The notes under the pieces are model-generated. The model had not been told where the DNA came from. It saw nothing but the letters and a program-made list of their open reading frames with translations, and did no database searches. DNA of 58,049 nt from Octopus bimaculoides (taxonomy: Eukaryota): assembly GCF_001194135.2 (NCBI RefSeq), contig NC_068993.1, positions 22,957,719 through 23,015,767 of the forward strand, written 5' to 3'. Of the stretch, positions 12,643 to 26,700 are shown one piece after another. The position numbers and the translations under genes are program-made. The stretch's first letter is position 1; each line of letters starts with the position of its first letter.

Positions 12643-13089
12643 TATTACATAATGAATTCGAAAACGCTAGGTAATTATGGATGGAATTAAATTTTAACGC
12701 CATAGTTTTTTAATCTTAAATGACACCCTATTAATTCAGCAGTATTACGTGAAGAATGTGAATTTCAGTTGTGGACCCGTTGGGCTTTCCAAATTTTACT
12801 AGCGAACACAATTTATTAAATACATCAAATATAAAAAATTAGTCAACAGCAATTGAAAGCAAGAAATTATGATGATATGTAAATATTATGAGACTAAGAT
12901 TAGAAGTAATGATTAACAATTTCAGTTTCATTTCCACTACAAAACATTTATCTTTTAAAATCTGTGACTATGTATCCAGCTAATGGATATATAGTAATTA
13001 CTTTTGACATTATCATAGCCCTAAAATAGTTTAATGCTCTAGTAATTTTTGTTCATTCCCGTGCAGCCAAGAAACAATAGCAAAGATAA

Positions 13090-13310
13090 CATCAATATTA
13101 ATTGGCATAGACACTTCGTGAAGGTTCCATGGAAGTCCTCCAAAGTGATGGTGCCCAGAATCCTTGTTAGGGCTGCCTTTATTTTCTCATTATCTTCAGA
13201 ACGACGGCTGCGGAGGTTCTCCTTCAGCTTGAACAATCTGAAGTCATAGAAACCAAAGTCTAAACTGTAGGGAAAATTTTGATGCTCATCTCTACCAAAT
13301 ATTTGGGTAC
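13090..13310 (-). mobile_element. Second mariner transposase fragment (C-terminus only)
   Basis: PYSLDFGFYDFRLFKLKENLRSRRSEDNEKIK...EDFHGTFTK resembles PYSPDLAPCDFWLFPKLKE.LRG.RFED; the sequence differs from the 11.4-12.6 kb element. Confidence 0.65.
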
Positions 13311-13844
13311 CTAGATGGAATTGTAATTGTAGACTAATTACGTGTCTTTTCGAACTTCTTCAAAAGATCCACAATATCCTTTTGCTGACTCTCTGACCAG
13401 AGAAAACTCATTTATAAATATAATTATCTACAATATTATTTTAGTTGTCACTGCATGTGTTCCAGAGTTAATATCTTAAAGAATTTTCTTATAGATTATA
13501 ATCGGAGTGTTATCGAGATTTTTAACACAATGTTGCAAATTGGAATACTACGCGTTACTAAATATAAACTATGACAATACTTAAAATAAACTCGGCAAGT
13601 TTTATACAATATAATGAAGGCTGCTTAGATTCATCTCAAGGTGCTTTCTGTATTTCGTTCAAGATACATTGTCGTCTTATACCACAGATATTCCAATTTG
13701 AATGTATTTCATTCCAGGTGGGGCTTGACAATATGCAGCCTCTATAATATAGTATGAGTTAGATTATGGCTGCTTTATGTTTCACTGATATCGACATTTT
13801 AAGTGTATTAGCTTCTCATTCGCAGAAATTATGATCAGGAATTG

Positions 13845-14020
13845 GTAGAATCGTTAGCACGGCGGACAAAATGCTTAGGGACATTTTTTCCTGAATTCAA
13901 ATTCCAGCAATGTCGATTTTTCTTTTCATACCTGAGGCTCGATAAGATAAGGGCTAGTTGAGCATTGGGTTCGTAGAAATCGACTAACCCCGTCCCAAAA
14001 AGTTAGGGTCTTATGCCTAT
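13845..14020 (+). mobile_element. SINE (family 2), degraded
   Basis: GAATCGTTAGCAC...AAATGCTTAG...GAATTCAAATTCC...TCGACT is shared with copies at 14095-14215, 33410-33610 and 40865-41047. Confidence 0.65.
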
Positions 14021-14029
14021 TATCATCAT

Positions 14030-14034
14030 CGTCG

Positions 14035-14084
<50 letters not shown>

Positions 14085-14092
14085 GTCATCAT
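14030..14092. repeat. (TCA)n trinucleotide microsatellite
   Basis: Directly visible. Confidence 0.95.
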
Positions 14093-14094
14093 AG

Positions 14095-14215
14095 TGAATG
14101 GAAAAAATTGCTAGAAAGTCAGAAAAAATGTAAAATGCCTTGTGGCGTTTGTTTCGGCTCTTTACATCCTGATTCTCAAATGGCTCTAACTTAAACTTTG
14201 TCTTAAGATGGTAGT
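14095..14215 (+). mobile_element. SINE family 2, partial head
   Basis: Similar to the 5' part of 13845-14020 and 33410-33610. Confidence 0.45.
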
Positions 14216-17109
14216 TTAACCTTAAGTAATGACGTCATTGGTGCCAACAAAACCTTTTTTCAAAATTCTTGGCCCTGAGTCTAATTTAGACATAGTTCTA
14301 ATTCGTAAATTCTTGGCATTTTCATGAGTTTCTAGTACACCATCAAGTGTACCTCAGTCTTCTGGATATTTGCAACATTGTGTTGTATGGATGCGATTGT
14401 ATGTTATTCCAGCTTTACTTTGTTGTAGACATTTTCTTCGTTTCTGTTGTTAACTTAGAGCGTCCTTTGTTCTTTCCTTTGTTGTGTGCAGTATATGTGC
14501 TGTGCAAATTGTTATTGCGTTTCAGTTGGACATTGTGATTTGCTTTTAAACAGAAAATATCTTTCGTCTCACGTTAACTGTTCCAAATAGGAATTCTTTT
14601 TAACATTGTTTTGTGCGTTGTTCGCCCTATTACAATCGCTACTCCTTTTGTTCAAATAAGTTTTGTACGATACTTAGTGATGTAATTGATATTATTTTCA
14701 TCCTCCAAATTCGAACTACCTTCATTTAACTTTGAAGTTTCGCGATCACTTTCCGAAGAATTTGTCTGGAGAGAAAGATTCAGAACGTTCACAAAAGTTC
14801 GAAGACTGTCATCCTTGTCCTTGATAACGAAAATAGAACTGTTGTGTATTGAAGTCCAGAATAGCTTTTTACTCAGTTTATTATCATTAAACTGTAGTAT
14901 TTGGCATATTTAGCATGTTTCGTATCTCTCTTCAGGTCGAATATTAGCATATTTTCCAATAGTCACAACTGGGAAATACATCAGTTTTTGTTCTATATTC
15001 CTTCCCAGCATAACTGAATCCCTTGCTTATTGGTGTGTTAGCCGCTGTTATATATGTTTTTGTTTCTATGTCCGGTAAAGGCTTCGGCATTTCATTAAAT
15101 ATCTTCAATTCCTGCAAGAAGCACTCATGTGTTTTCTAAGTGCTTTAAGATATGTGCGTCTTATCACTTACGACCATTCCTGTATTTAGTGATGCATATA
15201 CTAGTATCCACTAGACCTTGTTACAATACATTTTTATCTTCTGTTATATACATGCAGGTTTGTAATTTCAGCGGGATCATTTTTGACATCCGGCCTTCCA
15301 CTTTATAAAATAAGTAGCAGTTAAAAACCATGAAGTTTGATTTCTATGCCACACTTCAAAAGCATGTGCTTTTGTGTCACTTTAATTGTCATTTAATCAG
15401 TTCTCTTGATGTAATATGTTCCTTAACACCAATATTCTAGTTGTTGACGGACTGTGCTGGCAATATTTAGTATTGATTGCTGACGTAAGTAACGACGGTA
15501 CGCAGTAGGACATGGGAAACTAAAAGATTTCATGTTTCCTACTTTGACCGCGTGATCTACGTGTTGCTCTGTCAGTCAATAATTCGACAATGATTTCCAC
15601 ATTTAGCTTCGTTGAAAATTTTTTGGCTAGTTTACCCATACATCCGTCGATTTGATTCAATCCATTTCATTTTTTTACTGTTGAAATCGATATTCAACTT
15701 TGAAATCTTAAACTAGTTATTGGGAAGGAAAACAACTTTTTTAAACTGAATTTGTACTGCTGATATTCAAGAAAGTAAAGTCTTGAACTCTTCTGGTTTA
15801 TAATAGCTTGAACTAAGAAGTGAAACCGAATCACAGAACTAATTAACTAATTTTACTCGGTCGTTGCTTAAAGGAATTGACAGCAAATAAAGAGATATAA
15901 ATTATTCAACAATTATTAAAAGTTTGTCCACTTACTAATAAACAACAAATTACAGTTAGCAAAGAAGGACGTGTACATCTAAACACAGAAATTTTTATTC
16001 GTAAATTTGATGCTAAACCGAATGGGGGTATATTTTAACTATCGATTACCTCGTTTCCCCTTCAAATATCGTACATCATTTGTATTCCCCTTATAAAACC
16101 AATATGATCACTGTGGAAAACCTATTCCTGAAGCGTTCTTGTAATTACTCAGTAAATTGAGTTTGGTTCTTTCTTCCAACAGGCATTATTTTTCAAAGAG
16201 AAAAAAAGATATTGCGTGTATTTGTAATTATTTTTCACATTTCTCGTATCTCATTTACAAAAGTGAAAGCTTTTTTTTCCGATAATTTGTATCAATGAAA
16301 TAAAATAAATATCTAAGTACATTAGACAATAAGTTGCAATATAAGAATCTCAAAAACTACCCTCCGTGTAAAGTTAAACTGCATTAATCTGGCATTGAAT
16401 AAAACCATTTGTTCACATACATGAAGAAATTTGATGTGCAATCAAATAAAATAGCAGTTTTGAACTTTTGAGAGAGTGAATCTTTCAGTAAACTGGATCA
16501 GCAGAAAACTCTGAAGATGTAATGTTCAGGTAATATTTGTAGTGCAATGTAGTCGAGCTGTGCCAGTCAACCCGTAATTTATATTCTCAAGAGGAACTGA
16601 ACATTTAAATTAAAACAAAGAAAATGTCAATTAATTACAGACCTCAAGTTAATTACAGTAGTGCCTCGTGTTATTAACCATAAGTGGATAAAACATTGAA
16701 AAGAATTAGCTACCGACATAATGTAGCCTTTATATAGATATCCCAGGAGTCAGTTCTAAATGATTAACAAGCGCAGGTACGAAACATTATAGAGAATTTC
16801 ATGCAACATACGGAAAAAGAAAAGGATCTTATCTCTCATACATTGTTGAATATTAATGGCAATACTAATGTCACTTGTTCATGGATTTCGCTATTACACA
16901 AACATTCAAAACCAACTTTTGGAGAAAATGTTTACATAAATAAAGTTCCTATGTTTATACTAACCATATGTTAAAAATGCAGATAACAGGAAATGCGCAC
17001 GTACATCATGCCTTTCCTTTTCGTATTTGCATTCATGCATATTCACACGTACAGAAATCGTTCATATATTAGATCTTCAGAAATTACAAAACACGCGATC
17101 GTTATAAGC

Positions 17110-17279
17110 AGGAATGTGCGTATATATACATATGTATGTACATATGTATATATATGTGCGTGTGTTTGTGTGTGTGTTCGTGAGTATGTACATATATATA
17201 TATATATATATACATACAAACATACATACATATAATATATATATGTGTGTGCATATATGTATCTATATATACATACACA

Positions 17280-17312
<33 letters not shown>
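17110..17312. repeat. Compound (TA)/(TG)/(TACA) microsatellite
   Basis: Directly visible; source of the spurious YIYI ORFs. Confidence 0.9.
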
Positions 17313-17319
<7 letters not shown>

Positions 17320-18176
17320 ATTATAACACATTTTCAGATTCAGTGGTATATTGTATATCCTACGCAGATTCCCACGCTGTAAAGACGACAATGCGTATTT
17401 ACACAATCCTGCACGATCCACATTTCATATCCACCAGCCACGAATGACATTCACATACAAAGCGATAGGCGCCCGTCATCACAATTAGTTGCTGCAAAAA
17501 AAAGACAACATAGAAAGGTTTTATGTGTGTACAGAGAGAGAAAGAGGGTGATGGAGAGAGAGGGTGATGGAGAGAGAGGAGGAGGAGAGAGCGAGGGAAA
17601 GATGATGAAATGCCACAAACCAAAGATACAGTGAATGTCGACACTAAACACAATATGCTCAAAAGCATATTGAATAAGATATCAGCTGAACAAAAATATT
17701 TCAAAACCCTAGTAATAAACAAACTGACATATAATCAGAGATGGTCGTAGAAATCGACGGTAACAAGACGAAACTGGAATGAACAATGAATACACATTGG
17801 ACAACAAAATATGCAGATAGGAAAAGAAGACAACGGAGAGAAACAAATAAAATATTAAATCATACGACAAACAGAAATATGCATTAGAAGACAATAGCCA
17901 TAAAGGAACAACAGACAAGAGCAGCTAATACATCCTTCAACAGATACAAAGAACATCGGAACATTTCTGGATTATTTTTCAGATTTCTGTACAACTGCCT
18001 GAGTAAAGACTAAGAGTGTGTTAGCAGCTGAAAGTGTTGTTCTACGACAGCATGTTACTTGATCCGATTATCTCAGTGAAGCAAATGGATTTCAGATCTG
18101 ATCTGATACCTTTCACACACAATACTCAGCTTAGCAGCCGATTTGAATAATTATTTTGTTGCGGTTATGTCGTGTT

Positions 18177-18177
<1 letters not shown>

Positions 18178-18229
<52 letters not shown>

Positions 18230-18245
18230 GTAGTACTACTGCTGC
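18178..18245. repeat. (ACT)n microsatellite
   Basis: Directly visible. Confidence 0.95.
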
Positions 18246-19929
18246 TTCTGCTGTGGCTGTTGTTGCAATTTTTTCGTATATTGGCAAAAGTTAGTCCATG
18301 TTGAGTTAAAATCATATTTATGCAACCGCATGTGTGTTTATGTATGTTATCTTCTTTTTTGAATTACTTAGTTTCTTCCTCTGAGACAAAGCTCCACCGA
18401 TGGAATGTAGATAACAAACAACATTGTCACATTTTAAACTTGATTTGTGGTGTGTGGGTTAGTTGGTTGATTTCTTTTTCTGAAAAACCTAGCTTATCCA
18501 GATTGTCACCTAAGCACAAAAACAAGAGAACCAATTATTATTGGTCTAATTATGAAATTATAATCTGCATACAGAAGCTGGAGGTTTCGAATCACTTATC
18601 CAGAGTTTAGTTACAGGTTTTTCGCTTTGTTAGCATAAATCTTGAGGTCATCCACAAAAAAATTATGGGTTACATCAAGATTTACGCTAGACCCTAGCTC
18701 TGGGAAGATATGTAGACAATAAAAATACTGAATATGAAAAAATATTTATTATAAGTATGTACGGACATAGCGTATAATAATTACAGCAAATATCAAAATA
18801 ACTAATATGCATAATAATGTAAGTACAGTATATCATTGCAATGAAATATAAATGACCAAAAACGGCCGAAGTATAACAAATTGGCGAAAAGGCAGACGGG
18901 ATGGTACTATTCATCAGATGGTTTAATAGAACCATGAGTTTTAAGATGTCACTTAAAGAAACCGAGAAAAACAGCACAGCGTGAGCCAAGTCAAATACCT
19001 AACACCAAACCCACTGAATAAAGTAAATCAGATGGCGGCAGTTTATTCACCCGAAACAGATAATGATAAAAACAAACTTTACACACCGTTTTATTTATGA
19101 CATTTGTCTATTCATTAGAGAAACACGGGCGATGGGGTGGAGTTCTGTTCACATGTCAACTAAACATATTTCATTCTTAATAATCTGTATCTTTTCCACT
19201 TCTCTGTTTCTTTCTCTGTTACTTGGATTCCCCATCTCTTTTATTATTTCATTCTTCCTGTCTTCCTGTCTGCACACACTTGACTGAATGCGACTCACAG
19301 TTTTATCTTCTCTCTCTTCTTTCCTTTCGTTTTTCTTTCTCTTTCTCGCATTCCATGTCCACAAGCATTTTTATGTAAACAACCGACTAACTTATCCCTC
19401 TCAAAATTCTTGCCTCTATCAATACATTCATCTATCATCCATCTATCTGTAAGAGTTCACAAAGACTGCCCATTATCCATAAAAAACTTTTTGATTGGTG
19501 TAGAATGATTAATGTCTTGAAATGTAAACAACAAGGAAATCCGACGTAAACTAATGCAAAAATTGCCTGAAGAAGAATGTATGTCGAATTAATTGGCTCC
19601 CGTAGGTGCATGGATATTATAAATACTGTTTAATAATATCCTTTGGATGTGGCTAGAAGTTCCCCTAAATATACATGTCTACATATGTAGAAATGCATTA
19701 ATAAAAATATAAAATCTTTACCCATAAAGTATTTCGCGTTACTAATATGTACTAGCATCAAGACCACTCTCCAGGCGGTTTTCTGTTAGTCTCTCATAAT
19801 ACTTTCACATTTGATTCGAATTTCTAATAATTTTTTTCATATTTTACGTCTAATTATTTCTTTGCATAATAGTTCTCACTTGCTTAGTAAATATTGCTTT
19901 CATTATTTTATCAGTCATAATCTCTGGTT

Positions 19930-20568
19930 TTTAAAAAAACATCAAGATAGTCCAACTACGGAAGTGGTGGCAGTTTGTCAAGTTTTACCTTCTCCTCAAA
20001 GCAACATAGAGATTTCAATTCAGTAGCCCATCTGTACGCTTTGCAGTATGAACAAACAGTGCCAAAGAGACTCCTTACATTATGTATCTGTACAATAGAC
20101 AGGACAGCCTGTTTTTGAAAATTGTCGAATTTTGGCTTTCATTGCTAATCCTTTAACAGAAATCTTCCTAGTTTGAAAATAACTTCGTCTGTACTCCTGT
20201 TGTAAATATCCGGTTTCGTCTCTCAGCACCCAGTTTGTTAGCACTAGTGTTTCTGTTCGTATCTCACTGAAGCTAGGAAGGCTTCTCATTTGATGGTGAT
20301 TATCAATAGGCAGCGGAACAGTCACAGATGGTGAATACTGACTCAGTGTCTTATTTTGAAGCAGAATATCCTCCTCCCGAGATGCCCTCACCAATCGATC
20401 TTGTGGAGCGGAAACATAATCATATCTACGTCTACGTGCATATTCAGACATTTGTTTCAGTCGCTTTGCCCTGGTCTTATCTGATTCAGATGCCGGTCTT
20501 TGTCTCTGTCGTCGTGCTTTTGCTGCTAAATTTTCCTTTTCAGTCGCATATTTTTTGGGACGCCCCAT
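19930..20568 (-). mobile_element. Helitron Rep/helicase N-terminal fragment
   Basis: The ORF begins MGRPKKY...RRQRQRPASESDKTRAKRLKQMSEYARRRR (charged low-complexity leader). Just downstream is CSYCKAYRWATELKSLCCFEEKVKLDKLPPLP, matching the Helitron CxxC...CC..GKV.L..L..PP zinc-finger-like motif. Confidence 0.65.
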
Positions 20569-20688
20569 GTTGAATTACAGAATTCTAATTTGATATTTGT
20601 ATAATAACAAAATCAAACCTGGAGTGTGTGTGCATGTATATGACAGGGACAGTGTGTGTATTTATGTTGGAGAGGCAGAGTGTATGTG

Positions 20689-20694
<6 letters not shown>

Positions 20695-20756
<62 letters not shown>

Positions 20757-20792
20757 AGAGAAAGAGAGAGAAAGAGAGAGAGGAGAGAGAAC
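20695..20792. repeat. (GA)n microsatellite
   Basis: Directly visible. Confidence 0.95.
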
Positions 20793-21932
20793 ATTGCAAA
20801 CAATGAATGAAATAAACATGAAATGAAGATATGGTATAAATGAAAGCTCGTACCGAATATTTAAATTTGTGAACTTGAAAAATGTAAAAAATTGAAGTTC
20901 AGAAAGTAAATTTTCCTGAAAATTTCAATTACTAAAATATCTCGCCCAGTAAATATTTCTTTCGGTAATTTATCGTAGTTGTAATATATCTCTAATTTAA
21001 ACACGCTTCAAGATAACCCAACTACATTTAGCGTGCCAGAAATAGCAGCGGTCACATAATTATTATTGTAAGGTTTACAGCGTTCCTAACAGCCTTACAC
21101 ATAAAATCACTTCTTAATTCTTTAAAAAAGTTATACCGGAATATTGAAATTCTTTCATTTTTATCAAAAATATTCATTTAACAAATTCCGATCAAAGTTA
21201 TACAGCTATTTTGTCTAATAGCTTTCATTCATTCAATAAATAATTATGCATATAGAACATGTGTGTTTCGCAAATAGCGAATCAAAACCTGAAATGTAAA
21301 CATTGAAATGAATATATATTAAATTATCATTAATGAAAATAGAGGCGAGAGAGAATGAGAGCCTGTTGCAAATGAAAACGGAAAATTTCGCCTGCAACGA
21401 ATTAATATAGTTTATTAAAAGTTTATATTATTAAAATCTATATTTTTAAAATCCATATTATTAAAATCTGCAGTGGATGCAACGAATATTTAAATTTGTG
21501 AAAAACTCATTGTTCAAATATTCAATAAACTTCAGAAATGGGAATTATAGGAAATTTCTTGGAACATAAATTTATGAAAAATTTTACAGGCAGTCACGCC
21601 TTTAATAATTGCTTTCTTCTAGTAACCGTTACATACCTAATTAATAAACAACTTTCTCAATTATAATTTAAATGTATATATGTAAGTATGCATGTATGCA
21701 TATATGTATGTAAGTGTGAGTATATATGTTTGTATGTATGTATGTATGTATGTATGTATGTATGTATCTATACCTGTTGTAGATGTTATCTGTCTTGTAG
21801 TACTCATATCCTCCTGTTAATACCCCCCGATATTTACAGCAAATAAATATTATTAAGATGAAGTAAATGCCGAGACTATATCTAGTGTAGATTGCTATAG
21901 TAATATTCGACTGATATTTGTATGGTAATTAT

Positions 21933-22262
21933 TGACGGCGCATGGCTCAGATGTGAGAGTGTCGTATTCAGACATGGGGTAGTGAATTCGATTCGTGCAC
22001 TGGGCAGTGTGTTGTGTTCTTGAACAAGACACCTTATTTCACATTGCTCCAGTTCACTCAGTTGTTGCAATGAGCTACGACGTCACTGGTGCCAAGCTGT
22101 ATTAGCTTTTGCCTTTCATTAATAACATTGGTAGTGCGGAGAGGCGAGGGTGGCGTGCATGGGTGACTGATGGCCTTTCATAAACAACCTTGCCTGGACT
22201 TGTGCTTCGGAGGGTAACTTCCTAGGTGCAATCCCATAGTTATTCATGACAGAAGTGGGTCT
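21933..22262 (+). mobile_element. tRNA-derived SINE (family 3)
   Basis: Head GGCGCA-TGGCTCAGATG (A-box-like) and GAATTCGATTC (B-box-like), followed by a TGTTCTTGAACAAGACACC central motif of the kind found in many animal SINEs. Confidence 0.65.
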
Positions 22263-23261
22263 TTACTCTAACTGTTGAAACACGATGGCTTTCTTTTTAT
22301 ATATAGATCGAACTTTAAATTTGGCGCTCAATTCAGGCTTGTATGTTTCTGATTACATTGCTATTTGAAAGAAACTCATGTTTTAGTTCAGCCAGTCTAG
22401 CATGAAATAGACATAAATGGATGAGATAGCAGTTGGAGAAGTACCTTGTAAAGGTCAACTAAAACTTTTGCTGTTCAGCATATGTCCCAGCAAATAATCC
22501 TTCTTACATTTCAGAGTTAGAAGTAGACACGATTTATTGACATCAATTTATCGACATCAATTTATCGACTTCACACTCACAATTTACGCATGCCTTTCAA
22601 CTTAGAAGTCGATTTTAATTGATTTATATAACGGAACACTACGGACATACAGTCTCTAATGTAAATAATGATATCATTCTTGTGATCATACATCAATTCT
22701 GCGAAAGATTTTGTGCTCGGAAATTCAACTATTTACTTTTTATCAGAGAACAAAGACTGCTGAAAAAAGTTGAAATTTTATTGTAAACAAGTTTTAGCAA
22801 TGCTGTGTACGGAAGGTGCAGGGACATGGTCTATGTTGCTTGTAGACCTGATCTTGAGGATCTAAATATCATGTACATTAAACTAATTTGTTCCTGGTTA
22901 TTTGCTCTCCGTTTCGCACCATTAACACAGTTCAGTAGACTGGGTACAGAAAAGGAAAATAATTTCTTCGATTTAATAATTTCTGATATTTTTTTAACAT
23001 ATTTTAATAGAATTTCTCCAAATTCTTTCGCTTCTATTCTCAATTTCAATACAGTTATGATGCATTTCGCATGCATATACGATTTAGTCTCCGATGTGAT
23101 TGTAAGGTAATATGATGGGATTAATAATGGTAATAATACATCTACGTTTTCCATAAATACTAAGAATGAAAGCGCCAAAAACAATATAAATGTTTTAAAG
23201 TAAAAATATTTCTGGTCATTATCTATAGTACTACACATTCCCACGCACACAAACACACATA

Positions 23262-23312
<51 letters not shown>

Positions 23313-24129
23313 ATGCAAATATACACACACAAATGGAATCATAATTCATGTACATATACCTCCCTACATATTTATATATGCACACACATAAACTGAACAG
23401 TACCTTCGAGAGTGAAACAAGAATAGAATTGAAAATATTGGTTTGGGACGAAGAACACTCATGAATGTGGTTTTATTTAATAACTATTTTTCGTGTACAA
23501 TGCCCCTGTTATCAGACGCTGTCGCTGGAACTAATGAATCGATTAGGAATATATATGCGAGCATATATAGGTGGAAATATAAACGTATACATGCATACGT
23601 AACGTATACATGCATACATATACACGTATGTATGTATTCATATAGTAAGATACATGATTCGTTATTGAAATTTTTCTGTTATATTTTTAGTAAAATGATT
23701 TATTTCTCTATTATTCACATCTTTTGCGACTTCAATCTCGTTCCTCTCTTAAATGCATTATTAAATTCCTATGCACTTGCACGAATATATTTGTCTACGC
23801 TGTTTTGTGAGGGCATGTGCGTCTGTTGATGTGTTTAAATGAATTGGCTTGTAACATTAAGAATCTCAGTATATGTGCAGAGTTGCAAACTTGTTTTCTC
23901 TATATGTACACATTCATACATACATACACACAAAAATAAACACTTACATATATGAGCATATATGTACACACACGCTCTATCATTATGTATGTGTGTATAT
24001 GTGTGTGTATTGACAGATTGATACAGACTTACAAATAATTATATATACACACATACATACACATATACATACATATATGTGTATGTGTTATACAACGCTG
24101 GTTACAATGCCCCTCCATCCCGTCTTGAC

Positions 24130-25200
24130 TATGGAATTATTTTCTATCTTGACACAAATTGATTGACTTAAATCGTCTCTCTATTTTTGTGGAGGCGTTC
24201 CAAGTGTCTTTTTCGATCTATTGGATACCTTTGGGCAATTGCGCTGGTGTCTGTGAGTATTGCAATATTTCGGGCCCAGCAGAACTTGTGTTTTTCGTAC
24301 TTTGCCGTCACATCGTTCACTCCGCGCCGATCTCGAGTTATGGGCCCAATTTCGAATATGCTCTGATAAGGATATTTCTCGCATAGATCTTTCCATGGCC
24401 CTTTTCCTCTTACTCATTCGATGTTCTGTCCCCTTCGTAGTAGGCCACGTCTCACTTGCATTTAAGAGCGCTGGTACGACCGTGCTGTTGAAGAATCTGG
24501 CATGTATACTTTAGTCAAGACTTGTTTTGAGCACGTCCTCTCTTGACTTAAATGCCTTACCTCCTGCCCTTATTCTCTTTGTGACTTCAGTATTCTTATC
24601 TCGGCATATCTTCCTTGTGTGACCTAAGTAGAAGTACTGATTTGCCTACTCGATTTCATTTTAAGACCTACTGCTAAGCCTTGAATCTCCCGCTCTGTCA
24701 TTATGAGCTCCAGCCCATCTGTGGCTTCAGCCACTAGTACAATATCATATACGATTCATTTATGTTCACACCACCTGTCCAGACAATGCATTTCATAACC
24801 ATCCATTTCCACACATGAGGTAATGAACTTAAGAAGGATAGTATCTCCTCTCTCGACACTCTTCTTAATTAGAACCCTTACTGGTGGTGATAGTAGAAGC
24901 ACATCTATTGTGCATCCAGCGTTCACATCTCTTAGCTGTTTCATGTACTGCGCCTCGACAGCTTGCATTTCCAGAAATGTTAACCCTAGTTTCATCTCGC
25001 TGCTACCGAAATCTTTTTCGTAATCAACAAAAGCGATATATATATATATATAGAAGAAGATTGATTTTGTTCGTTAGATGTATGAGTTGTGGTAGAGTAA
25101 ATCTATGATCTATCGTACTATAGTTCTTCTGGAAACCTGCTTGTTCTGTAGGTTGTTAGTCGAAGTATTTTCAAAGACCGGTGATCATGACCTGTGTAAA
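24130..25200 (-). mobile_element. RTE-clade LINE, reverse transcriptase and C-terminal remnant
   Basis: QPTEQAGFQKNYSTIDH, FVDYEKDFGS, IKKSVERGDTILLKFITSCVE (GVRQGDTISP), YDIVLVAE (FADDIVL), GLKMKS and a C-terminal LGTPPQK*RDDL (GRPP.RW.DD), in RT order. Confidence 0.8.
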
Positions 25201-25899
25201 TAAAATATGAAGATGAGACACGAGGTCTATATACACATATATGTTTATGCAGATATATCGACGATATTTGTTTTCTTAACTACAATTGTTTTGAATTTTA
25301 GCTTGGGGAAAATATACCTGAATGATCTCCAAGCTAATAGGAATAGTAACTCTATAGAGGAAGCTAACCATTTAGATTTTAAGGTGGTTTGTGATAAGAT
25401 ACAAGTCACAAAGTTTGTGATTATTATTTATAATAAAACTGATTATTCTAATTTTTGTATTGCAACCATAACATAGGCTGTCTTAAGGTATGGTACAATA
25501 TGTTTTCCACTAAATTTTCAGATGCGTAGAATAATGTAGTAGGTCGGGATGTTTTTGGATAGAGTATATAAAATAAAAACATTATGACAAAAAAAAAAAA
25601 CAAGGTTATATTAAGGAATTTTCTTTAAATATTTTCAGTTGTTACTTGGTGAGATAATAAAAGCATGTGAAAAATATGGACTAACCTCTAGTTTTCTACT
25701 GGGTAAAGATTTACAAACCGATAGTTTTAATTAAAAGTGGAAGTCGCTACTCTGCACTTTGTGGATAAGTTGTCATGTATCATTTTGTAGTGTTTATAAA
25801 TTCACATCCGTTAAAATGTTGATATAGATTCGGTTGTCGAATGCTAATCTTTTTCTTTTGTCTTTTGGTTTTCGACAGGGATAGAGTGAAGACGTAAGG

Positions 25900-26700
25900 T
25901 TGTGCTTAGCAGCTTGCGATATTTACTTTTTGTCAATGAGGAATATTTTAGTTAAGATTTCTTTGTTTTTGCCCGCTTTTAAATATTTTTACGTCTTAGG
26001 TGACAATTTTAGCTTAAATACTTCCTATAACTATATTGAATTCTCCCCCAGTTGTTCGCTTAATAACTCATTGTTAAATGATGCTCCCTTCCGTTGGTTT
26101 GCTTTTAGAATATTTTATTTATGTTAATGATTATGATTGGACATTTTGTATTATCTATATTATTTTATATTTATATTATTTCTATGTTCTTCTTTAATAA
26201 AGAATTCTTTCGGTTAGCTTATTTTCTATAATTAGATTTATATTTCATATTGATCTTCGCTATACTATTCCCTTATTTCATGTGGTGAACAGTTACATTT
26301 TTCCGCTAGTTTACATTCGGTACATTAAAGTACGTTTGCGTACTTGGATTGTGTTAGAGTATGAAGAAACAAGTCTGTGTTTCTTTAGTTGAATTTATGT
26401 TTGATTTTTTAGGCGTGTTACTTTTAGAATTCTTATCATTTTCCACTTAATATATTAGGGGTTCAGGAAATTTTGCTGGATGCGTTGAGTTCGTTAGTTT
26501 TATATTAGTTATAATTTTTGAGCTACCAATGATATTGTGGAAATATTTCTTTGTTATGACGGTAATAATTTTAAAAATTTCTATACTTTTCAGCCATGGA
26601 CTTGGTACAATAATTTTTTTATATGTGGTCTGTATATTCAATATTAAGCAGATGTAGACGTAATTGACATATTATTCTAGTGTTTCATCTCTGCTAATAG
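25900..26700 (-). mobile_element. Possible very old PLE remnant
   Basis: Scattered SYSNT, KCNC, SFNNE and SKYRKLLS fragments in the order seen in the 93-710 type element, but heavily decayed. Confidence 0.25.

Noticed and set aside
14905-14940. Minus-strand CTGAAGA-GAGATAC-GAAACATGC
   Set aside because: No U16.1 and no stem I pairing; probably chance.
14330-15330. Possible old LINE ORF1/APE junction on the minus strand (GTVNVR)
   Set aside because: Only one short motif; too degraded to support by eye.
16490-16530. Candidate 41-nt exon with AG/GT boundaries
   Set aside because: Stop codons in all three frames.
17590-17960. Purine-rich stretch with short open frames resembling coiled-coil LINE ORF1
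   Set aside because: No diagnostic motif recognised.
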